A DNA stretch of 64,000 nt from the NCBI GenBank assembly GCA_963790245.1, contig CAWBNP010000002.1, positions 1,101,625-1,165,624 on the forward strand, written 5' to 3'. A program made the position numbers and the translations under genes. The stretch is from an uncultured Thermoleophilaceae bacterium. Lineage in GTDB: Bacteria; Actinomycetota; Thermoleophilia; Solirubrobacterales; Thermoleophilaceae. Shown here piece by piece: positions 19,533-29,267 of the stretch. Each line of letters starts with the position of its first letter. Position 1 is the stretch's first letter. Under the pieces are notes generated by a model, which was given only the letters and a program-made list of their open reading frames with translations, had not been told where the DNA came from and made no database searches.

Positions 19533-19663
19533 GCGTAGCTGACCTTACACCGGTCCCGTCCGAAACGTGGTGTGAAAACCCTCCACCCAGGGTGGCTGTT
19601 CGCCACCGCGGCGCGGATTGATGATGGCCGTGCAAGCCAAACCACCGTCCGAGGAGGACTCAG

Positions 19664-20071
19664 ATGAACACCAAGATGATCCGCAGCACCACCCTGGCCC
19701 TCGTGGCCGCCCTGTCGCTCACCGCAGTCGCCCTGCCCGGTACGGCGCTCGCCGCCAAGTCGGCCAAGGTCAAGGTCACGCTCAAGTCCAACGGCGGAGA
19801 CTTCTCCGGCAAGGTCAAGAGCAAGTCCGCCGTCTGCATCGCAGAGCGCGACGTCGTCGTCTACATCCAGGACGGGAACCGCCCGAACCCGACCACCGAC
19901 GAGGAGTACTCCTCGGACACGAGTGGCACCGACGGCAGCTGGTCGCTCGGCAACAACCGCGCCTCGGGGGCGACGTTCTACGCCCGCGTCGCCAAGAGCC
20001 CCGGCTGCAAGGCCGCGACCAGCAAGTCGGTCACCGAGCCCGAGGATCCGTTCGCTGACGAGGACCTCTAG
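19664..20071 (+). CDS. Small secreted hypothetical protein
   Basis: Sec-type signal peptide (MNTKMIRSTTLALVAALSLTAVALPGTALA/AK), RBS GAGGAGGA, two Cys residues. No known motif. Confidence 0.6.
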   Translation: MNTKMIRSTTLALVAALSLTAVALPGTALAAKSAKVKVTLKSNGGDFSGKVKSKSAVCIAERDVVVYIQDGNRPNPTTDEEYSSDTSGTDGSWSLGNNRASGATFYARVAKSPGCKAATSKSVTEPEDPFADEDL

Positions 20072-20094
20072 GCCCTCGCTTCGGACAGCAGCAT

Positions 20095-20127
20095 CAGAAC
20101 GGGGCCCCCAAGCGGGGTCCCGTTCTG
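20095..20127. terminator. GC-rich hairpin between convergent genes (bidirectional terminator candidate, no U-tract)
   Basis: CAGAACGGG GCCCC caagc GGGGT CCCGTTCTG gives a stem of about 14 bp. It lies between the stops at 20071 (+) and 20130 (-). Confidence 0.55.
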
Positions 20128-20129
20128 CG

Positions 20130-21956
20130 TTAACGGACCGGCAGCGAGAGGCGCAGGTCGGAGAGCCCCAGCGAAAAGAGCGCGTTAGACGGCCGAGCGA
20201 ACGGCGCGTCGTTGCCGAGCAGCTCGAGCTTCGGCGTGTGGCCGGGGGCGAACCGCCAGCCGTTTGGATACAGCTCGAACCGCTCGATCCCGCGGCCGGT
20301 CGGACGGTAGAGACCGCGCGCGACGAGCGTCTGGGTCCGTCCGTCCGCCGCGACGTCCCAGAGCCGAGCGGCGATCTGTGCGTGCTCGGGCCGGGCGCCG
20401 ATGACGGTGGCGCGCACTCGCACCCGCGGGGAGCCGAGCAGCGTGTACGCGGCTCCGGCGGGGACGGTCGGCAGCCGGTAGGTCGCGACGCCGGGCTGGT
20501 CCCCCGCCGCGACCTGCGCGCACGCGTTGCCGCCGCCGGTGACGGGGTCGATCGCCACGCCGACAGTGGGGCCGCCCGCAAGCGAGCCGACGCGGCGCTC
20601 GGCCGGATCGCTGAAGCGCACCGAACGGGTCGCGAGCCTGCCGAACGTTTTCGCCGCGAACGGCCCGCGCGATCGCTCCGACCGGGGGCAGGTCTGGGTC
20701 AGCGCCTCGACCGTCTCCGCTCGGCCTCTCCCCCGTCCGCGCAGATGTCGATCGAAGAACGACGCGATCCTCGATTCGAGCAGCTTCCGGTCGGCCGTCT
20801 TGTTCTGCGCCCGCTGGTGGCCGAAGTCGCCGAACAGCAGTGACAGCGGGGTCGCCGGGTGAAGCCTGCGTGTCCGCTCGGCGTAGCGGAGCGCCTCGCT
20901 GACGGGAAACAGATCGTCGGTGAAACCGCTCGAGATCAGCAGCGGCGGTGGGCGGCGAGCCGGATCGACGTGGTAGGCCGAGTGAAAGCGCGAGAGCTGC
21001 GAGACCGTGTCGATGGCGAGACGATCGGTGTAGGGCTCGCCGAGCGTGGCGCGTCCCACCCAGCCCGCGACGTCGGCCTCCGGATCGAGACCGAGCGGTG
21101 CGAGGTAGCCCATCGGCCGCCCGGGCACGAACGGCTCGCCGACCGGCTGGCCCGGACCGGTCGCGTTCTGGGCCGCCGCGAAGACGCCGTTCGCGAATGT
21201 CAGCTTCTCGACTCCGACCGGATCGCTGCTCGATCGCGGCGGGCTCGGGACGCCCGACCGGACGCGCCCGTTGGGCGCGATCGCCGAGAGCAGGTCCGAC
21301 CACGGGATCACCGGCGCGGCGGCGGCCAGCGAGAGCGGGCGGCCGGCAGGGCTTCGCCAGCGGACCAGGCGGCCGTCGGGAAGCGCCGTGCGGGAGTTGA
21401 GCGCGGCGAGCTCGAGGCTCTGGCCGCCGCCGTAGGAATCGCCGCTGACCCCGATCCGGCGCGGGTCCGCGAAGCCCTGATCGACGAGCCGTCCGATCAG
21501 GGTCTGGGTGTCCCGCGCCTCGTAGCGGATGTCGGCGAGGTGGATGTAGCCCGCGGCGCAGGCGACCGGGGAACGCAGCCGCGCCTCTGGCGTACCGCAC
21601 GAGCCCCACAGTCCGCGCGAGGTGTAGGTGAGAACGAGGTAACCGCGCCGCGCGAACTCGAAGGCGTTGCCTGTGTAGGCCGACGAGCTCGGGTCGAGGT
21701 ACTCGTGCTTGGAGTTGCCGAAGCCGTGCAGCAGCACGATCAGCGGCCGGCGGCGGACTGCGGCGCTCGGCGCCGTCACCGTCGCGTCGAGCGGAACGCC
21801 GTCCCACGTGCTGACGAGGCCGTCGCAGCGATGGAGGCCCCCGACGGCTCGGCAGTTGTCCAGGTCCAGTGGCGCACCGGCGGCCGCCGGTGCGGGCGCG
21901 GCGAGAAGCGTGAGCGCAGCCAGACCCAGGACGCGCCTCCGCGCTCGGCGCGCCAT
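20130..21956 (-). CDS. Secreted alpha/beta hydrolase (CocE/NonD or S15 X-Pro dipeptidyl-peptidase-like)
   Basis: Signal peptide, HGFGNSK oxyanion region, nucleophile elbow GVSGDSYGG, 608 aa. Confidence 0.65.
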   Translation of the reverse strand: MARRARRRVLGLAALTLLAAPAPAAAGAPLDLDNCRAVGGLHRCDGLVSTWDGVPLDATVTAPSAAVRRRPLIVLLHGFGNSKHEYLDPSSSAYTGNAFEFARRGYLVLTYTSRGLWGSCGTPEARLRSPVACAAGYIHLADIRYEARDTQTLIGRLVDQGFADPRRIGVSGDSYGGGQSLELAALNSRTALPDGRLVRWRSPAGRPLSLAAAAPVIPWSDLLSAIAPNGRVRSGVPSPPRSSSDPVGVEKLTFANGVFAAAQNATGPGQPVGEPFVPGRPMGYLAPLGLDPEADVAGWVGRATLGEPYTDRLAIDTVSQLSRFHSAYHVDPARRPPPLLISSGFTDDLFPVSEALRYAERTRRLHPATPLSLLFGDFGHQRAQNKTADRKLLESRIASFFDRHLRGRGRGRAETVEALTQTCPRSERSRGPFAAKTFGRLATRSVRFSDPAERRVGSLAGGPTVGVAIDPVTGGGNACAQVAAGDQPGVATYRLPTVPAGAAYTLLGSPRVRVRATVIGARPEHAQIAARLWDVAADGRTQTLVARGLYRPTGRGIERFELYPNGWRFAPGHTPKLELLGNDAPFARPSNALFSLGLSDLRLSLPVR

Positions 21957-22925
21957 TCAGCCCGCGAGCTCGGCGAGCCCTGCGTCGCGGGAGCGGACCG
22001 GCACATAGCCCAGCTCGGTGCGCGCCTTGGAGATGTCGATCGTCGTTTCGAGCGCCGAGAGCCAGACGGCCATCCGCGTGATCGGTGGTGTGGAGCGAAT
22101 CCGCAACGCCCGCCAGACGGTCTCGGTGATGCCGGCCGCCGCGAGCGCGAGCGGCGCAGGCATGTTGTGCTCGGTGGGCGTCAACCCGACGGTGGCCAGC
22201 AGACGGGTGACAAAGCTCCGGAACTCGACCGGGTCACCGTCGGTGACGAAGTACGCCTCGCCCGGGCGGCCCTTCGCGGCGCCGAGCAGCAGCCCCTCGA
22301 CGACGTTGTCGACGTGGGTCGTCGAAGTCAGATGGCGGCCGCCGCCGATCCATGCGAAGCGGCCCGCGCGAACCGCGTCGGCGAGGCCGGGCAGGATCGT
22401 CGAATCCCCCGGCCCCCAGACCAGGCGCGGCCTGATCACGACCGTCTCCATCCCGGCGCCATAAGAGCGGACGAGTTGCTCGGCCGCCGCCTTGGTCGCG
22501 GGGTAGAGGGCCGGCGAATCGGGCCGCAGCGGGGCCGACTCGTCGACCGAGACGAGCGGCTGACCGGCCATCAGCGCGGCCTCGGTCCCGACGTGGACGA
22601 ACCGCTTGACCGACGCCTCGCCGCAGCCGCGCAGCGCGTTCTTCGTGCCGGTGACGTTGCCGCGCTCGAACTCCGACCGGGGACCCCACTCCAGCACCGC
22701 GGCGGCCGCGTGGAACGCGGTATCGCAGCCCCGCGCTCCCGCTGCGATCGAGGCGGGGGATTCGAGGTCGCCGGCCACCGGCTCCGCGCCGAGTGCGCGG
22801 ACCGCCGCGGCCGAGCGATCCGACCTGGCCAGTGCCCGGACGGTCCATCCCTCCGCGACGAGTCGCCCGATCAGCCGACCCCCGATAAAGCCTGAGCCTC
22901 CGGTCACGAAGGCAGTGCCCGCCAT
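21957..22925 (-). CDS. NAD-dependent epimerase/dehydratase family (extended SDR)
   Basis: N-terminal VTGGSGFIGGRL Rossmann motif and YxxxK (YPATK). Its stop directly abuts the downstream start. Confidence 0.8.
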   Translation of the reverse strand: MAGTAFVTGGSGFIGGRLIGRLVAEGWTVRALARSDRSAAAVRALGAEPVAGDLESPASIAAGARGCDTAFHAAAAVLEWGPRSEFERGNVTGTKNALRGCGEASVKRFVHVGTEAALMAGQPLVSVDESAPLRPDSPALYPATKAAAEQLVRSYGAGMETVVIRPRLVWGPGDSTILPGLADAVRAGRFAWIGGGRHLTSTTHVDNVVEGLLLGAAKGRPGEAYFVTDGDPVEFRSFVTRLLATVGLTPTEHNMPAPLALAAAGITETVWRALRIRSTPPITRMAVWLSALETTIDISKARTELGYVPVRSRDAGLAELAG

Positions 22926-23029
22926 GCCTCAGACGATAGCCGCGGTCAGCCGATGAACGGAACGTTTTTACTCGCGCAGGAATTCGCGCTGCGTCGCGTG
23001 CGCGCTAGGCAGCGCGCAAAGCCCAACTT

Positions 23030-23980
23030 TCATTCGATCGATTTGGTCGGCTGCTCGGCGGCGTCGATCGGCGGCAGGAAGGGCTCCGTGTCCAGTGGCT
23101 GGCCGGCCTCGATCTGGCGGCCGCGCTCGAGCTCGGCATTGAGCTCGGCGCCGACCAGCACGGCGATGTTCGAGATCCAGAGCCACACGAGGAAGCTGAT
23201 AACGCCGCCGAGACTCCCGTAGGTCTTGTCGTAGGAGCCGAAGTTGGCGATGTAGAGCGCGAACGCTCCGGAAGCGAGCAGCCACAGCAGCACGGCGACC
23301 ACCCCGCCCGGCGAAACCCACGGGAAGCCGGGCTGGCGGACGTTCGGCGTCGTGTAGTAGAGCAACGAGAAGATCCCGGCGACCAGCAGCACGAGGACGG
23401 GCCACTTTGCGATCTCCCAGACCGTGACGGCGGTGCTCCCGAGCCCGAGCAGGTTGCCGACCGCCTCGGCGATGCTGCCGGTCAGCACGACGGCGAAGGC
23501 GCCGACCAGCAGAAGCACAAGGATCACGACGGTCAGGCCGAGGCGTAGCGGGATCGTCTTCCAGAAGGGCCGGCCTTCTTCCACGTCCCAGATCTGGTTC
23601 GCCGCCTGGATGAACGCCCCGATGTATCCCGAAGCCGACCACAGCGCGCCACCGATCCCGATCACGAGCGCCAGACCCGCTGCGCTCTCGTTCGCTTGCA
23701 GGCCGGTCATCGCATCGGTGAGCAGCTCGCCCCCGCCCCCGGCGGCCAAACCGGTGATCTGATTGAGCAGCGGCTGAGTCGTCTCGGGACCGACCAGGCC
23801 GAGGATCGAGACGAACACGAGCAGCGCCGGGAATAGCGACAGCACTCCGTAGTAGGTCAGCGCCGCGGCCCAGGTCGTGACCTGGTCCTCGCGGAGCTCG
23901 CTGACCGTGCGCCTGAGCGCGGCTCGGAGGCCCGACCCGGGCAGGTCTGTGGGTGAGGCAGGCGGTCGCGTGGCTGTCAG
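23030..23980 (-). CDS. YihY/BrkB (virulence factor BrkB) family membrane protein
   Basis: LRRTVSELREDQVTTWAAALTYYGVLSLFPALLVFVSILG is the YihY signature. The track ORF 23030..24550 runs through the upstream phosphatase gene, so I trimmed it. The exact start is uncertain; it may be a CTG near 23980. Confidence 0.65.
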   Translation of the reverse strand: MTATRPPASPTDLPGSGLRAALRRTVSELREDQVTTWAAALTYYGVLSLFPALLVFVSILGLVGPETTQPLLNQITGLAAGGGGELLTDAMTGLQANESAAGLALVIGIGGALWSASGYIGAFIQAANQIWDVEEGRPFWKTIPLRLGLTVVILVLLLVGAFAVVLTGSIAEAVGNLLGLGSTAVTVWEIAKWPVLVLLVAGIFSLLYYTTPNVRQPGFPWVSPGGVVAVLLWLLASGAFALYIANFGSYDKTYGSLGGVISFLVWLWISNIAVLVGAELNAELERGRQIEAGQPLDTEPFLPPIDAAEQPTKSIE

Positions 23981-23997
23981 ATCCCCTCCCGAGACGG

Positions 23998-24777
23998 CTA
24001 TGAAACGGGCTCGAGCAGCAGCTCGCGGAGTATCGCTCGCCGGTTGGTATCGATTCCGGCTGCAGCCTCGAGGTACTTCTCGATCGAGCCGTGCTCGCGC
24101 TCGACCTCGGCGATCGAGAGCTCCAGGTATGGAAGCTGCGAACGAAACACGTCGACGAGCTCGGCGTCGGGCTCGCGTCCGAGCCACTCCGAGGCCGCGG
24201 CGCTGATCCGTTCGCGCCCGAAGAACGAGTCGCTGCGCAGGTAGTCGGCCTCGACCGTCTCCCGCTCGACCCCGAGGGCATACAGCAGCATCGCGCAGAC
24301 GAACCCTGTGCGGTCCTTGCCGGCGTGGCAGTGAACGACCAGCGGCACCCGGCCGGCGATGATCCGCTTGGCGAGATCGGCGATCACCGGGGCGTAGACG
24401 CGCGGGTAGCCGGTGTAGGCGTTGCGCATGTAGGCCTGAGCGGCCTCGGAGATCCGCTGCTCGATCAGCCCGTAGGCGCCCTCGACGGTGGCGGTGCCGT
24501 CGCGCTCGCCGTCGAGCTCGATGGTCTCGGGCCGCAATCCTTCGCGCCATCGGCTCGGGGAGCGCTGCCGCTCGCCCGGCGTGCGCAGGTCACAGACCAA
24601 TGCGACCTCGAGCTCGCCGAGCCGGTCGAGGTCCCGATCGGTCAGCGCGTGGAGCGCCTCGGAGCGGTAGATCAGCCCCGTCCGAACCCGCATCCCCTCG
24701 CCCGCGGTCAGCCCGCCGAGGTCGCGGAAGTTGGGTGCGCCCTGCAGCGCGATCGAATCGTCTGCCATACGGACCAC
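23998..24777 (-). CDS. Protein-tyrosine phosphatase-like (Y_phosphatase3 type)
   Basis: CX5R active-site loop VHCHAGKDRTG and the N-terminal NFRDLGG motif. An alternative ATG start is at 24768. Confidence 0.8.
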   Translation of the reverse strand: MVRMADDSIALQGAPNFRDLGGLTAGEGMRVRTGLIYRSEALHALTDRDLDRLGELEVALVCDLRTPGERQRSPSRWREGLRPETIELDGERDGTATVEGAYGLIEQRISEAAQAYMRNAYTGYPRVYAPVIADLAKRIIAGRVPLVVHCHAGKDRTGFVCAMLLYALGVERETVEADYLRSDSFFGRERISAAASEWLGREPDAELVDVFRSQLPYLELSIAEVEREHGSIEKYLEAAAGIDTNRRAILRELLLEPVS

Positions 24778-24821
24778 CGTACGCGTAATCTGTCACCGCA
24801 CCCGAGGACGAGAGTTAACGA

Positions 24822-26564
24822 ATGGGATTCATCACCCCCGCGCCGCCGCCCGTCGACATCGAGGAGTGGAAGACCAAGCCTCACCTCGAGCGGATCAAGC
24901 CGCTCGCCCAGGACTGGGCTGTCAACGGCTTCGGCACTCCGGGTGCGGTCTACCTGCTCTACATCGTCAAGCTCGTGCTCTTCTCGATCGGCGCGATCTG
25001 GCTGATCTCGGCGACGCCCGGCCTCGGCGGCCTCAGCGATTTCGCGCAGTGGTGGCGTGAGCCGATCGTCTGGCAGAAGCTCGTCGTCTGGATGATTCTC
25101 TGGGAGCTGCTCGGTCTCGGCTCGGGGTCGATGCCGCTCACGTTCCGCTTCCTGCCGCCGATCGGGGGCATCCTCTTCTGGCTCCGTCCGGGCGCGATCC
25201 GACTGCCGCCGTGGCCCGACAAGGTCCCGTTCACGCGCGGCTCGCGGCGCACGATCGTCGACGTCGCGCTTTGCGCCGGCGTGCTGATCGGAGCGATCTA
25301 CCTGCTGCTCTCCCCGGGTCTGCCGAGCGCGGGGATCGAGGCCGGCCGGCTCGATCCGTACGCGATCGGAGCCGAGCTGATCCTGCTCGTCCTGCTCGGC
25401 CTGCGCGACAAGGTCTCCTACCTCTCGACCCGGCCGGAGATCTACGGCCTTCTGCTGGTCGTCTTCCTGTTCCCGCTCGAGAACATGGTCGTCGCCTCGC
25501 AGATCGTGCTCGTCTGCGTCTGGTTCGGCGCGGCCTCCTCGAAGCTCAACCACCACTTCCCGTACGTGGTCTCGGTGATGATCTCCAACACGCCGTGGAA
25601 CCGCTCGCGGTTCATGAAGCGGCACCTCTACCGCAACCACCCCGAGGATCTGCAGCCCTCGCGGTTCGCGTTCACCGCCGCCCACACCGGCACGGCGATC
25701 GAGTTCCTGTTCCCGTTGTTGCTGCTGGCGACCCAGGGCGGAGCGATCGGCGCGATCGCGGTGGTCGCGATGCTGATCTTCCACATCCACATCACCTCTA
25801 CGTTCCCGCTGGCGGTCCCGCTTGAGTGGAACCTGTTCATGATGTTCGGGCTGTTTTTCCTGTTCACGGGGACGAATGCCGCGGCGCCGTTCACGGACCT
25901 CGAGAGCCCGCTGCTGTGGGCGATCGTCCTGACCAGCGGCGTGCTGGTGCCGATCCTCGGGAACTTCCGACCCGACCTGATCTCGTTCCTGCCGTCGATG
26001 CGCTACTACGCCGGCAACTGGGCGACCAGTCAATGGCTGTTCCGCAAGGACTCGGGCGCCGAGGAGAAGCTCGAGGCGCGGGTGACGAAGTCCGCGCCGA
26101 TCGTCGTCAATCAGCTGACCGCGCTGTATGACCGCGACACGGCCGAGCTGACGCTCTCCAAGGCGCTCGCGTTCCGCGCGATGCACTCACATGGCCGAGC
26201 ACTCAACGGCCTGCTGCCGCGGGCCGTTGACAAGCTGGAGGACTACACGGTTCGTGAGGGGGAGTTCCTGGCCGGCGTGACACTCGGGTTCAACTTCGGT
26301 GACGGCCACTTCCACGGCGAGCAGCTGCTGGCCGCGGTCCAGGAGCAGTGCGACTTCGAAGCGGGTGAGCTGCGCGTGATCTCACTCGAGTCCCAGCCGG
26401 CGCATATCCAGCGCCAGCGCTATCGGATCTACGATGCGAAGACCGGGCTGATCGAGGAGGGCAACGTCAACGTCGCCGACATGAGAGCGCGCCTTCCGTG
26501 GCTCTCGCCGACCGACGAGTTCCCGGTCGAGATCACCGGCGGCCGCGCCGCGCCCGCTACGTGA
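24822..26564 (+). CDS. Large polytopic membrane protein of unknown function (resembles the DUF3556 family as I recall it)
   Basis: 580 aa. A multi-TM N-terminal two-thirds is followed by a soluble C-terminal region. No catalytic motif recognised. The family assignment is from memory and needs an HMM check. Confidence 0.6.
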   Translation: MGFITPAPPPVDIEEWKTKPHLERIKPLAQDWAVNGFGTPGAVYLLYIVKLVLFSIGAIWLISATPGLGGLSDFAQWWREPIVWQKLVVWMILWELLGLGSGSMPLTFRFLPPIGGILFWLRPGAIRLPPWPDKVPFTRGSRRTIVDVALCAGVLIGAIYLLLSPGLPSAGIEAGRLDPYAIGAELILLVLLGLRDKVSYLSTRPEIYGLLLVVFLFPLENMVVASQIVLVCVWFGAASSKLNHHFPYVVSVMISNTPWNRSRFMKRHLYRNHPEDLQPSRFAFTAAHTGTAIEFLFPLLLLATQGGAIGAIAVVAMLIFHIHITSTFPLAVPLEWNLFMMFGLFFLFTGTNAAAPFTDLESPLLWAIVLTSGVLVPILGNFRPDLISFLPSMRYYAGNWATSQWLFRKDSGAEEKLEARVTKSAPIVVNQLTALYDRDTAELTLSKALAFRAMHSHGRALNGLLPRAVDKLEDYTVREGEFLAGVTLGFNFGDGHFHGEQLLAAVQEQCDFEAGELRVISLESQPAHIQRQRYRIYDAKTGLIEEGNVNVADMRARLPWLSPTDEFPVEITGGRAAPAT

Positions 26565-27976
26565 CCAACGCGATCGTCGTGGGCGCGGGCCCGAACGGGC
26601 TGGCCTGTGCGGTCGCCCTCGCGCGTGCGGGAGTAGAGGTGACCGTCCTCGAGGCGGCCGAGACGATCGGCGGAGGCACCCGCACCTCCGAGCTGACGGT
26701 CCCGGGAGTGCTCCACGACCATTGCTCGGCGGTCCACCCGATGGCGGTCGGATCGCCGTTCCTGCGCTCGCTCGGGCTCGAGCGTCACGGTTTGGAGTGG
26801 TGCTGGCCGGAGGTCGACCTCGCCCACCCGCTCGACGACGGCAGCGCCGGGGCGCTGTTCCACTCGGTCGAGAGGACCGCTGCGGCCCTGGGCGCCGACG
26901 GCAGGCGCTGGCGGCGACTGTTCGGCGGGCCGTCGGAATCCTTCGAGGCGCTCGTCGACGATCTGATGCAGCCACTGCTGCGGGTTCCTTCCCACCCCGT
27001 GCGACTCGCGCGGTTCGGGATCCCCGCCGTCGCGCCCGCGACGGTGCTCGCCCGAGCGTTCAAGACGCCGCAAGCCAAGGCGTTGTTCGGCGGCGTTGCC
27101 GCGCACGCCTTCAGCCCGCTGACGCAGCTGCTCAGCTCCTCGGTCGGGTGCGCCCTGATCTGCGCCTGCCACAGCTTCGGCTGGGCGGTCGCGCGCGGCG
27201 GCTCGCGGGCGATCACCGATGCGCTCGCGGCGGACCTGGCTGAGCATGGAGGGACGATCGAGACCGATGTGCAGGTCCGATCGCTGGCCGATCTCGCCCC
27301 GGCGGGCGCAGTCGTGCTCGACCTCGCGCCGCGGGGAGTCGCGCAGATCGCCGGAGACCGGCTGCCGCGGCGGGTCGCGCGTGCCTACGGGCGCTACCGC
27401 CACGGGCCGGGCGCCTTCAAGGTTGATGTCGCGGTGCAGGGCGGGGTCCCGTGGACCAACGAGGCTTGCCGCCGTGCCGGAACCGTCCACGCGGTCGGCG
27501 ACTTCGACGAGCTGGTGCTCGCCGAGGCCGAGATCAACCGCGGCCGAATGCCGGAGCGACCGCTGGTGCTCGTCGGACAGCAGTACCTGGCCGACCCGTC
27601 CCGCTCGGCCGGTGACGTCCACCCGGTCTGGGCCTACGCCCACGTCCCGAGCGGTTACGACGGCGACGCCACGGAAGTGGTCCTCGACCAGATCGAGCGG
27701 TTCGCGCCGGGGCTGCGCGAACGGATCGTCGCGCGAGCGGTCAAGCCGACGACCGAGTTTTCCGCCTACAACGCCAACTACATCGGCGGCGACATCATCA
27801 CGGGTAAGAACACCGCTTGGCAGACGGCGATCCGGCCGCGGCTCGCGATCGACCCCTACGACACCGGGATCCCAGGCGTGTTCCTCTGCTCGGCGGCGAC
27901 TCCGCCCGGCGCCGGCGTCCACGGGATGAACGGATTCAACGCCGCGCGCTCGGCGTTGCGCCACCTCGACGTCTGA
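26561..27976 (+). CDS. FAD/NAD(P)-dependent oxidoreductase, phytoene desaturase (CrtI)-like family
   Basis: Dinucleotide fold VVGAGPNGLACAVALARAGVEVTVLEA at the N-terminus. GTG 26561 overlaps the upstream stop (GTGA). The track ORF 26498.. carries a spurious extension. Confidence 0.75.
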   Translation: MTNAIVVGAGPNGLACAVALARAGVEVTVLEAAETIGGGTRTSELTVPGVLHDHCSAVHPMAVGSPFLRSLGLERHGLEWCWPEVDLAHPLDDGSAGALFHSVERTAAALGADGRRWRRLFGGPSESFEALVDDLMQPLLRVPSHPVRLARFGIPAVAPATVLARAFKTPQAKALFGGVAAHAFSPLTQLLSSSVGCALICACHSFGWAVARGGSRAITDALAADLAEHGGTIETDVQVRSLADLAPAGAVVLDLAPRGVAQIAGDRLPRRVARAYGRYRHGPGAFKVDVAVQGGVPWTNEACRRAGTVHAVGDFDELVLAEAEINRGRMPERPLVLVGQQYLADPSRSAGDVHPVWAYAHVPSGYDGDATEVVLDQIERFAPGLRERIVARAVKPTTEFSAYNANYIGGDIITGKNTAWQTAIRPRLAIDPYDTGIPGVFLCSAATPPGAGVHGMNGFNAARSALRHLDV

Positions 27977-28055
27977 TGCGAGACACCCGTGATCGTGGGC
28001 GTGCGACGTGCGATCCACGGGCGCCGGGGTTGCACATCGGGCGTCCGGACATCGG

Positions 28056-28808
28056 TTGAGCCTGCTCGAGGCCGCCGGGATCCTGCTCGCGGGGCTCGCC
28101 GCCGGTTCGATCAACGCGGTCGCCGGGTCGGGGACGCTCGTCACCTTTCCGGCGCTGCTCGCCGTCGGCCTACCGCCGATCACGGCCAACGTCACGAACG
28201 GGCTCGGACTGGTGCCAGGTTCGATCGCGGCCGTCCACCAGTACCGCGAGGAGCTGCGCGGCCACTGGCGCGGGGCGCTCGGGCTCGCACTGTGGTCAGG
28301 ACTCGGCGCGATCGCCGGAGCGATCCTTCTGCTCGCGCTGCCGGCAGAGTGGTTCCGCTACGCCGCGCCGGTGTTGATCGCGATTGCGCTGGTGCTCGTC
28401 GTCGCCGGCCCCCGGATCTCGGCGTGGGTCACCGCACGACGGACCGCCGGCCGAGTCGCCGGCCGCCACTCGCTGCCACTGGGCATCGGCCTGACGGGGG
28501 TCTACGGGGGCTACTTCGGCGCCGGCCAGGGAATCGTCCTGTTCGCTCTGCTCGGGACCGCGCTGCCCGACGAGATCCAGCGGGTCAACGCGCTCAAGAA
28601 CCTGTTCGCGGGTACGGCCAACGCGGTCTCTGCCCTTGTGTTCGTCCTGATCGCCGACATCGACTTCCGAGCGGCCGGACTGATTGCGGTCGGCGCTGTC
28701 GCGGGCGGGATCCTCGGCGCCCGAATCGGCCGGAGGCTTTCGCCCGGAGCGCTTCGCGGCCTGGTCGTCGCCGTCGGCATCGCGGCCATAGTCCAGCTGC
28801 TGCTCTGA
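28056..28808 (+). CDS. TauE/SafE family sulfite/anion exporter
   Basis: LAGLAAGSINAVAGSGTLVTFPALL and a repeated half-domain with GGYFGAGQG. The start is uncertain (TTG 28056 or an upstream codon at 28008). Confidence 0.75.
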   Translation: MSLLEAAGILLAGLAAGSINAVAGSGTLVTFPALLAVGLPPITANVTNGLGLVPGSIAAVHQYREELRGHWRGALGLALWSGLGAIAGAILLLALPAEWFRYAAPVLIAIALVLVVAGPRISAWVTARRTAGRVAGRHSLPLGIGLTGVYGGYFGAGQGIVLFALLGTALPDEIQRVNALKNLFAGTANAVSALVFVLIADIDFRAAGLIAVGAVAGGILGARIGRRLSPGALRGLVVAVGIAAIVQLLL

Positions 28809-28913
28809 CCGCCGGACAGACGCTCGCGGGCCTCTTTGTACATCGGGCCAAAGACCCGATGGTGGTGATCGCCGAATCTCCCCGGGTCAGCAACCGACGA
28901 GGAGACGCCACGC

Positions 28914-29267
28914 ATGAAACTGGTGATCGGGATCGTTAGGCCGGAGCAGGCAAACGACGTTCTGGAATCGCTCTACAACTCCGAGGTCAACGGGTTCTCG
29001 GTCAGCCGGGTCCAAGGCCACGGAGGCGAGCTCGACCGCGTCGAGACCTACCGCGGCACGACCGTGAAGATGGGTCTCTCGGAGAAGGTCCGCTTCGAGA
29101 TCGCTGTCTCCGACGCGTTCGTCGACCCGGCGATCGAGGCGCTTTGCGAGGGCGGCCGGACCGGCGAGGTCGGTGACGGGAAGATCTTCGTCGTGCCGCT
29201 CGAGCGGGTCGTACGGATCCGCACCGGCGAGACCGACGACAGCGCTGTCACCCCGGTGGGTGCCTGA
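28914..29267 (+). CDS. glnK: P-II family nitrogen regulatory protein
   Basis: 117 aa. T-loop with conserved Tyr (ETYRGTT) and the C-terminal PII signature TGEVGDGKIFVVPLERVVRIRTGE. Confidence 0.85.
   Translation: MKLVIGIVRPEQANDVLESLYNSEVNGFSVSRVQGHGGELDRVETYRGTTVKMGLSEKVRFEIAVSDAFVDPAIEALCEGGRTGEVGDGKIFVVPLERVVRIRTGETDDSAVTPVGA

Noticed and set aside
23030-24550. N-terminal extensions of track ORFs that run through the upstream neighbour. Examples: 23030..24550, 41241..42134, 44505..45416, 47775..48965, 48859..50121, 52181..53158, 53094..54263, 54444..56069, 61907..63235.
   Set aside because: The extended parts are low-complexity and overlap well-supported genes. Internal ATG/GTG/TTG starts give family-typical N-termini, often with an RBS or a 1-4 nt overlap with the preceding stop, so I trimmed the calls.
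28839-28859. A 7-bp hairpin (CATCGGG-7 nt-CCCGATG) and a nearby TGTACA upstream of the PII gene, considered as a GlnR box or attenuator.
   Set aside because: It does not match the actinobacterial GlnR consensus (gTnAc-n6-GaAAc) when aligned. The stem is short, has no U-tract, and could arise by chance at this GC content.
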